From Dehalococcoidia bacterium (lineage in GTDB: Bacteria; Chloroflexota; Dehalococcoidia; GIF9; AB-539-J10), in assembly GCA_046497565.1 (NCBI GenBank), contig JAWOFK010000051.1, positions 1 to 49,219 of the forward strand: 49,219 bases of DNA, in the 5' to 3' direction. A program made the position numbers and the translations under genes. The number at the start of each line of letters is the position of its first letter. Within the stretch, counting starts at the first letter, position 1. The notes beneath the pieces were generated by a model. The model did no database searches. It was given only the letters and a program-made list of their open reading frames with translations, and had not been told where the DNA came from. Below are positions 15,952 through 22,382 of the stretch, one piece after another.

Positions 15952-16959
15952 TCAGATTTGGTAGCTTAGTATTTCCACAACTAACTCAAATTCCAGTTCT
16001 ATACAGCACCAGCATTCGATCGGACAGTCCTCAAAAGGCAAAGGTTCGAATCCGTTCGCATGGATAATGGGATTATCTGTATGGATAGCAGGATCATCTT
16101 CAATCTTGTCCTCGACAATGAGCTGTCCACCAACACAGACTACGGTATTCTCTCCTTCGACGGGATCCACTCCTTCGATCTTCCCAGAATTAGGGTGGTC
16201 GTTGACATATACCGTAAGGTTCTCTTCAACATACAACTGAGCGCCATCTTCAACTTTGGGTACCGTGGCATTTCCTCCAACGCACACTTTGCTACCATCC
16301 TCGGCGATACCACCACCTAAGTGAAGATTTCCTTCAACATACACCATCGCACCGAGTTCGATAGTACCATTCATGCTAAGGTCTCCCTTTACATACACAA
16401 CCGTACCTGGATCTTCGATATTATAATCACCATACATGGTAAAGTCCCCGTCCACATAAATTCTGGCGCCGTCTTCGATATTGCCCCCCTCATACGTTGT
16501 TCCCCCCGGCAGCACTTCGTACCAGCCCCCTTCATCCTTAACCCTCAAGGTTGCCTTGACGTACGATTCGACTGTGGTACGACCCTCGCCATCGGCGGCA
16601 GTGGAGATAATCCTGTAAGTGCCGCCACTTAGATATCTTATGGACACGTGCACATTACTCCGATTAATGAGGCCGGGTATGTCGTACTTAAAAGATTCAT
16701 TCCATGGTGCATCTCCGCAGATAGGCGGCAAGCCGGATTCGTCGCGGTGCTGTATCTTCCAGATAGCGTCCTCCACCCCGGCATCGGCAGCATATAGTTG
16801 CAGCGTCTTGTTCTCGTAGACCTGCCCGGCCGTTAGTCCGGTGCTCATCAGCCCCAGCAGAGGAGTCAGGAGAAGCCCGCCCACGACGAGCAAAACGAGG
16901 ACGAGAATCAGTATTTTGCCCTTTTCGTCTCTTATTGCCCTCTTTACCGTAGTTTTCAT
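15952..16959 (-). CDS. PilX-N-like pilus-associated protein with beta-helix repeats and Cys-rich C-terminus (paralog 2)
   Basis: 335 aa; the first ~135 aa are clearly homologous to 14057-15076 (MKTTVK...LVLVLLVVGGL...LGLMSTGL..GQVYE.K...LYAADAGVEDAIWK); beta-helix repeats; tail EDCPIECWCC. Confidence 0.7.
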   Translation of the reverse strand: MKTTVKRAIRDEKGKILILVLVLLVVGGLLLTPLLGLMSTGLTAGQVYENKTLQLYAADAGVEDAIWKIQHRDESGLPPICGDAPWNESFKYDIPGLINRSNVHVSIRYLSGGTYRIISTAADGEGRTTVESYVKATLRVKDEGGWYEVLPGGTTYEGGNIEDGARIYVDGDFTMYGDYNIEDPGTVVYVKGDLSMNGTIELGAMVYVEGNLHLGGGIAEDGSKVCVGGNATVPKVEDGAQLYVEENLTVYVNDHPNSGKIEGVDPVEGENTVVCVGGQLIVEDKIEDDPAIHTDNPIIHANGFEPLPFEDCPIECWCCIELEFELVVEILSYQI

Positions 16960-17005
16960 TGTCTCACCCCCCGATAGTACCGGCTACCGGTACCTTTGTA
17001 TATTA

Positions 17006-17034
17006 GTATAGGCCTGGTCTCTCCCTTTGTCAAA
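17006..17034 (-). promoter_or_regulatory. Putative sigma70-type promoter of PilX-like paralog 2
   Basis: - strand TTGACA-N17-TATACT (plus-strand TGTCAA 17029-17034, AGTATA 17006-17011). Confidence 0.55.
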
Positions 17035-17384
17035 CAGTACTTACCCCTATCGCCACGCCCCGACACTGCTTCGTCGCCCCGATGTATCGGGGCTCCTCGC
17101 AAAGACAAAGGGGGTATCATTGGCCTAGTACCTTTGTCATAGTACTAGTCGCCGGAAATTCGAAAATCCCTCGCCCTTTGTGGTACTTTTGGGAGATTTA
17201 GCGGTCAGCGGGCAGCAGTCAGCTATCAGCTATCAGCTATCGCGAAAGCAAAATCCTAAATCCTAATCTCTAAATCCTGAACAAATCCAAATGTCGAAAT
17301 TCAAAGCTCTAAACTGTTTCGGTCATTTGGACTTCGGGCTTTGATATTGTTCAGGGTTTCGGACTTCGGGTTTCGGATTTGAAC

Positions 17385-17510
17385 TGGAGACTGCTTCGGC
17401 ACTATCGTCCTTCGCGAAGATAGGTGGAGATAAACTCCATCACTTTCGGCGCCTAAAATTTCGGGGCGAGTCCAGCCTGCTTGCATAACTCATTACCAGT
17501 TCTCTGCGTT
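17385..17510 (-). pseudogene. Possible degraded hicA-like toxin remnant downstream of hicB
   Basis: Two frames read ..RELVMSY.. and MQAGWTRPEILGAESDGVYLHLSSRRTIVPKQ. Together they resemble HicA (sgrELiklL.kaGw...r..GSH..l.h.....tvP.H). The frame is shifted and runs into repeats. Confidence 0.3.
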
Positions 17511-17521
17511 TGACAGACAAG

Positions 17522-17740
17522 CTATGCCTCTACAAGTATCTGCTCCAAAAGGTCTCCCCCAAGGGGGATTTCCTTGCCCTGCTGCCTGTATGCCTGCATC
17601 ATCTCGAGGAGAGCATCTCTGAGCATCTCTCTACATTCCTCGATGGTTTTCCCCTCGGTAATTACCCCGGGCCACTCAACAAGCTGCCCCATATAGCCGG
17701 CACTGATTTTGGTATATTTCGCAGTATAGTTTCTCATCAT
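17522..17740 (-). CDS. hicB: HicB-family antitoxin
   Basis: 72 aa; RBS GGAGGTGG upstream; YMGQLVEWPGVITEGKTIEECREMLRDALLEMM is typical HicB; upstream on the - strand TTTACC-N17-TATAAT. Confidence 0.75.
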   Translation of the reverse strand: MMRNYTAKYTKISAGYMGQLVEWPGVITEGKTIEECREMLRDALLEMMQAYRQQGKEIPLGGDLLEQILVEA

Positions 17741-17937
17741 TGAAGGACCACCTCCTCATTAGTCGTCGTGCTAATTATAGCTATTTTCGACTCCCGGGTA
17801 AACAAATGTAGTTGAACAGGATAGTGGCCCTCTGCCGCAGGTAGCCAGGCAAGCCAGACTAAATCAGTGGTGGTGAAAGGGGACATACTTTTCCCCTTAA
17901 AGTAAGGGGGACCAAGGGGGTTACAAACCCCTCAAGC

Positions 17938-18060
17938 CAAATGTCAAATGACAAAATCCAAATTACAAATAAAACCCAAATGCCCCAATGTCAAAACTAC
18001 TTCTCCTTGTCATTTGGACTTTGAGCTTCCTTTGGCATTTGAGCTTTGTAATTTGGCATT
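17938..18060 (-). repeat. Hairpin element family A, copy A5
   Basis: CAAATGTCAAATGACAAAATCCAAATTACAAATAAAACCCAAATGCCCCAATGTCAAAACTACTTCTCCTTGTCATTTGGACTTTGAGCTTCC...TTTGTAATTTGGCATT. Confidence 0.85.
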
Positions 18061-18357
18061 GTTTGCGCTCCCCCTTAGAGTAAGTGGGACCAAGGGGGTT
18101 ATTTCTACTGCTTTCATAACTCCCCTAGCCCCTCTTACCTTAAGAGGGGGAATTCATAACTCCTGCCGATTTCATCGGCGTCTCCGACCGGAGTCGCGAG
18201 TCATCGGACCTCGACAGAGTCGGGACAAGCCCAAATATCGAAATCCAAGAACGATACACCATTTTCCATTATCAAATCCACTGAGTTCTGTACTTATCTT
18301 GAGTGATTTTGTTTTTCCCTCTGCTTTACCGGCTCATACAGGCTTTGGTCAACATGG

Positions 18358-18747
18358 CTACTTTAGAATTTTTAGATTTTCCACCCTCTCAAACTCCCTG
18401 ATATTATCGGTCAGAAGAGTAAGCTCGTGATGAACACAAGTAGAGGCAATTAAAAGGTCGAAGTCACCGATTAGTTTTCCTTCTTTTCTTAACCTCGCCC
18501 TTTCTTTCCCAAAGGTTTTGCAGATTTGACCACTGATTGCCAAAACTGAAACTCCACTCATGAAATCACCTAAAACTTTCTCATCCGAGGTAGAATCAGG
18601 GGACCGATAAACCCCTTCATAAAGTTCGGCTACTGAGATAATGCTTATTGCCAATCCGTCTCCTTTTAATTCAAGGAGTTTCCGCATTACTCGCTTTTCG
18701 CCATGTAGGGCATGAATTATCCAGTCTGTATCAATGAGATATTTCAT
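18358..18747 (-). CDS. vapC: PIN-domain toxin VapC
   Basis: 129 aa; starts MKYLIDTD, ...SVAELYEG..., ...DLLIAST..., LLTDN: the four acidic PIN positions are present. Confidence 0.85.
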   Translation of the reverse strand: MKYLIDTDWIIHALHGEKRVMRKLLELKGDGLAISIISVAELYEGVYRSPDSTSDEKVLGDFMSGVSVLAISGQICKTFGKERARLRKEGKLIGDFDLLIASTCVHHELTLLTDNIREFERVENLKILK

Positions 18748-18974
18748 AATTTAACTTCTGGCCTTCGAGCAGAAAGTCGGCGACTCTCATAGATATCTTT
18801 GATTAGTTGCTCACAATCAATCGTTGCTTTCCAGCCTCCCATTGCTTTCTCAAATCTATCCTCTGAGGGGGGGGCTTTGATGGTAACAATAATTTCCTTC
18901 CCCTCCTCCAAATTTAGTTCTTCCAAAGGTTTAATCACTCCATTTGAAACCTTTGCTCTTATTTCTGTTTCCAT
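18744..18974 (-). CDS. DUF104/AF2212-like antitoxin (VapB-type partner)
   Basis: 76 aa; ...VSNGVIKPLEELNLEEGKEIIVTI is the typical DUF104 antitoxin N-terminus; 4-nt overlap with vapC. Confidence 0.7.
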   Translation of the reverse strand: METEIRAKVSNGVIKPLEELNLEEGKEIIVTIKAPPSEDRFEKAMGGWKATIDCEQLIKDIYESRRLSARRPEVKL

Positions 18975-19067
18975 AGCTTCCTCCCTATGCCTTCACCATT
19001 ATTTGTCTGGTAGCATAGCACCATGCTTTAGCACTATGCAATCCCCGTTTCGTCATTGCGAGGCCCC

Positions 19068-19216
19068 GATTTCCTCTCCCTTGACGGGAGAGGTCCGACT
19101 CTGTCGAGACTGCGATGAAATCGGAGATTAAGGTGAGGGTGACCTCAATATACCCCCTCACTCTAACTCTCTCCCGCCAGGGGAGAGAGTGCTTGACCGG
19201 GACATGGCAATCTCCG
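19068..19216 (+). repeat. Dispersed repeat family F, second copy
   Basis: Shares the ~65-bp core with 15451-15596. Confidence 0.85.
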
Positions 19217-19220
19217 GAGT

Positions 19221-19439
19221 TCAGGTAACGATTGCTTCTACCGGGAGTTGCTCCAAGCCAGCTTGAGCTTCGAGGGTGAGGAAATTGAGCCTTTCAAAGC
19301 CGATGACCCTTCCCGTCTTATCTTTAACCAATATGACCTCTTCGCTTGTTTCTTCACAGATATACTCTTTCTCGGGGTCGTCAAACCAAACGTTCAGGGT
19401 ATTGCCTTGTTTGTCGTAGAAGATCCTTATTTTGTCCAT
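19221..19439 (-). CDS. DUF2283-domain protein (antitoxin-like)
   Basis: 72 aa from the ATG at 19439 (the track starts at a GTG at 19457); MDKIRIFYDKQGNTLNVWF...VILVKDKTGRVIGFERL parallels the DUF2283 protein at 4440. Confidence 0.7.
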   Translation of the reverse strand: MDKIRIFYDKQGNTLNVWFDDPEKEYICEETSEEVILVKDKTGRVIGFERLNFLTLEAQAGLEQLPVEAIVT

Positions 19440-19526
19440 TTGGCGCTTCGCTTTCACCTTCTACAGGCTTTAAATCTAACCCAGTTCACCTCCGTCGGCA
19501 TTCATATTATACCATTTATTGGTGAA

Positions 19527-19558
19527 CAGCTATCAGCGGTCAGCTATCAGCTATCAGC
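19527..19558 (-). repeat. Heptanucleotide tandem array (reverse orientation)
   Basis: CAGC TATCAGC GGTCAGC TATCAGC TATCAGC. Confidence 0.8.
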
Positions 19559-19728
19559 CCGCCGCCCCCCCACACCTAAATTCCAAATGTCAAAATCCAA
19601 ATTACAAATAGGGCACGAGGCTAAAGCCTCGCACTATATGTCCAAAGGACAAATCCCGAAGAAGAGCTGCCGGCAGTAAGTTGCTCAATGAATCAGGCAG
19701 GATGGCTAAAAGAGGGGAAAATCTCAGC

Positions 19729-20292
19729 TTACGCACCGTCGGGTGGTGGAGTCGGCCTGGGTTCGACCTCATAGATTCGCTGCTCGGTTGCTCCGTGCAG
19801 GCCGCCGACCCTTGCAGTGATGGTAATAACGAGCTTGCCATCAGTCGGTTCCCAGTCCGTTTGGTCAACGACGATATACTGGGCAATATTGGTCACCGCT
19901 TGGACTTCGCCGCCTACTGAGTACTCACGCCGAAGCTTCGAGAGTCCGTCGTTCGTAGACACCAATTCATATTCAACATCAATGTCGCGCCTATTACCCT
20001 CAGAATCAAATTCCCACCACGCCAGAACCATAAACTTGTTGTCATCTCTACCTATTCTACCTATGGAATTGGGCTGAGCCTGCAGGACATCTTTGCTGAG
20101 CCTATCGCCCGCCTGCTGCACCTGGCGGACGGCAATCATATGGTTGGAGGCGCGCCTGTTTATGGTCACAATCTGGGAAATCGTCATGGCGATGCCGCCG
20201 GCGATAATACCGATAAGCGCCACTACCGCCAGCATCTCAATCAGGGTGAAACCCCTCTGGCCGCTGTGTATCAGGCTCTTGTGTGTTAACAT
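19729..20292 (-). CDS. Minor pilin / pseudopilin (prepilin-type N-terminal methylation domain)
   Basis: 187 aa; QRG followed by FTLIEMLAVVALIGIIAGG; 6 nt downstream of the preceding pilin-like gene. Confidence 0.8.
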   Translation of the reverse strand: MLTHKSLIHSGQRGFTLIEMLAVVALIGIIAGGIAMTISQIVTINRRASNHMIAVRQVQQAGDRLSKDVLQAQPNSIGRIGRDDNKFMVLAWWEFDSEGNRRDIDVEYELVSTNDGLSKLRREYSVGGEVQAVTNIAQYIVVDQTDWEPTDGKLVITITARVGGLHGATEQRIYEVEPRPTPPPDGA

Positions 20293-20298
20293 CTCTAT

Positions 20299-20805
20299 TT
20301 ACTCCTCTGTCACCAGCCCCCTCTTGTAGCCCTCCAAGGTGATTATCACCTTATCATTGTGGTTGATAATCAGCGTCACCTTTTGAAGGCCGACGTCGAT
20401 GTCAGCCTGTCCATCATCCATACTATCCCAGGGAATCGCGATGATATCCTGAGAATAACCGCAGTTAACCAGTTCACCACCGCGGTTGAGACTACAAATG
20501 GTGTAACCATGAGGTATGGTTCCAATTTTGGGATAGGTGGCTACCTCATTTTGCTCCGCACGCACATACGGCTGGTTCTTGACATGCTCCATCTGGGCGC
20601 GGGCCAGGCTCTCGGCAGTCGTCCGTATATCGCCGAGAAGGACGGCCCGGGAGGCGGTGGTCAGGCCGCCGAGGAAGGTGATGGCAATTATGCTGAAGAG
20701 GGCCAGCGCGATGAGCACCTCAATGAGGGTCATTCCCCCGGAGGCGCCCCGCAAGGCCCGCCTTAGCCTCTTACTGAGTGTTACTCTTCTCATTTCCTCC
20801 GGCAT
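20299..20805 (-). CDS. Minor pilin / pseudopilin (atypical Met at +1)
   Basis: 168 aa; long basic leader then GG followed by MTLIEVLIALALFSIIAITFL (Glu at +5 retained). Confidence 0.75.
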   Translation of the reverse strand: MPEEMRRVTLSKRLRRALRGASGGMTLIEVLIALALFSIIAITFLGGLTTASRAVLLGDIRTTAESLARAQMEHVKNQPYVRAEQNEVATYPKIGTIPHGYTICSLNRGGELVNCGYSQDIIAIPWDSMDDGQADIDVGLQKVTLIINHNDKVIITLEGYKRGLVTEE

Positions 20806-20811
20806 TTCTCA

Positions 20812-21032
20812 AACTGAATTCCAAATTTCAAAATCCAAATGTCAAACGAATTCCAAAGGCCTAAATGTCAAAACCACTACCACTCCTCCTGAATCTCCCC
20901 CTAAAGTAAGAGGGATAAAGGGGGTTACTTCCATGATTCTCATAACTCCCCCTAACCCCCTCTTACCTTAAGAGGGGGATTTTTGCACTCTATTTGGCAT
21001 TTGAGCTTTGTAATTTGGCATTACCTCCCTTG
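20812..21032 (-). repeat. Family A hairpin element interrupted by other repeat modules
   Basis: The family A left part (20812-20890) and right part (20987-21032) are separated by ~100 bp. That insert consists of a CCCCCTAAAGTAAGAGGG hairpin plus the GGGGGTTACTTC...CTTAAGAGGGGG module, which is also seen at 9140, 15369 and 18094. Confidence 0.7.
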
Positions 21033-21050
21033 TAATCCTCGCCCCGCAAC

Positions 21051-22259
21051 CTAGTTGAATTCAGCGTAGATAGAATACATGGCCGAAACCATGGCCAGGA
21101 CAACAAATCCGACCAGCAGACCTATGATTATAATCATCGTCGGCTGAATAAGCGCTATGGCCGAGCTAATCTTATCAGAAGCCTCCATCTCAAAGCTGTC
21201 AGCCACAGTATCCAGCGTGTTGTCCAGGCTGCCGGTCTCCTCACCGACTCTCACCATCTGCGTCATCATGGGCAGGAACAAGGACCGCTTGCCCATGGGG
21301 CGGGACAGGCCTTCGCCCCGGATCAACTCCTGCTGCACTCCGGTCAGGTTCTCGGCCACAGACTTATTATTACTGTTGTTAATAGTCATGGCCATGACTT
21401 CCGGCAGCGGCAGGCCAATCTTTATCAATAGCGACATAGTCCGGCAGCAGCGGCTAAGCTCACCGAGGAGCACAATACGCCCCAGCACCGGCAACCTGAG
21501 TACCCTGGAATCCCACCAGTATTTCCCGCCCGGGCTCCTGATATAAAAATAGCCGGCAACCGCAATGGCCACGATCCCCAGCAGAACAAAGAACCCATAC
21601 TGGCTGAACCAATCAGTAATGCCGATGAGAATTCTGGTGATGAGAGGCAACTCAACCCCAAATTGAGCGTACATGCTGGTAAAGGCCGGCAAAACGTAGG
21701 TGACCAGTACCACCACCACAATAACAGCGACAAGAACCACGATGAAGGGATAGGTCAGGGCGCCCTTTATCTGCTTCTCGGTCATGACCCCTTTTTCTAT
21801 GTGCGTGGCCATCTGTCTGAGCACAACCTCCAGGTTGCCGCCCTGCTCACCGGCGGCAATGGCCCGGTGGTACATCGAGGAGAAGGCCCGGGGGTGCTTG
21901 CTCATGGCCACGGACAGGGCACTACCGGCGCGAATGTCCGAGGCTACCTCACCGACTATGTTTCTCAGCGTCTGGTTATCTATCTGGTCCTGCAATAGGT
22001 CCAGAGAAGTGACGATATCCGTACCGGACTCGAGGAGCAGAGCCAGCTGGCGGGAGAACATGCATATTTCCGCCGGCTTTATGGTGGAAAAACGGGCCAG
22101 GAGCTTCTCCTTGTTGATGAAGGGAACCACCGTCTTAAGGCTGACCACCCGGTAGCCGCCATAGCTCAGCAGCTCGTTTGCCGCTTCCTCATTGCTAGCC
22201 GAAAGCCTGCCCTTAACCAACCTTTTGTCTTCAGTATAAGCTACATAAGCAAAATCCAT
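21051..22259 (-). CDS. pilC: Type IV pilus platform protein PilC (GspF family)
   Basis: 402 aa; duplicated T2SSF motif (AAGEQGGNLEVVL and RVGEETGSLDNTL); three hydrophobic TM segments. Confidence 0.9.
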   Translation of the reverse strand: MDFAYVAYTEDKRLVKGRLSASNEEAANELLSYGGYRVVSLKTVVPFINKEKLLARFSTIKPAEICMFSRQLALLLESGTDIVTSLDLLQDQIDNQTLRNIVGEVASDIRAGSALSVAMSKHPRAFSSMYHRAIAAGEQGGNLEVVLRQMATHIEKGVMTEKQIKGALTYPFIVVLVAVIVVVVLVTYVLPAFTSMYAQFGVELPLITRILIGITDWFSQYGFFVLLGIVAIAVAGYFYIRSPGGKYWWDSRVLRLPVLGRIVLLGELSRCCRTMSLLIKIGLPLPEVMAMTINNSNNKSVAENLTGVQQELIRGEGLSRPMGKRSLFLPMMTQMVRVGEETGSLDNTLDTVADSFEMEASDKISSAIALIQPTMIIIIGLLVGFVVLAMVSAMYSIYAEFN

Positions 22260-22287
22260 TTATACCCTCCTAGACAAGTGCCCAATA

Positions 22288-22378
22288 CTCAGAATTTCAA
22301 ATGCCAAAATCCAAATTACAATTGTCATAACCCTTCCTCATCATTTGACATTTGAGCTTTGTCATTTGGGCTTTCTCA
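22288..22378 (-). repeat. Short variant of the family A hairpin element in the pilB-pilC spacer
   Basis: AAATGCCAAAATCCAAATTACAA ... TTTGACATTTGAGCTTTGTCATTTGGGC. Confidence 0.7.
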
Positions 22379-22382
22379 TCTG

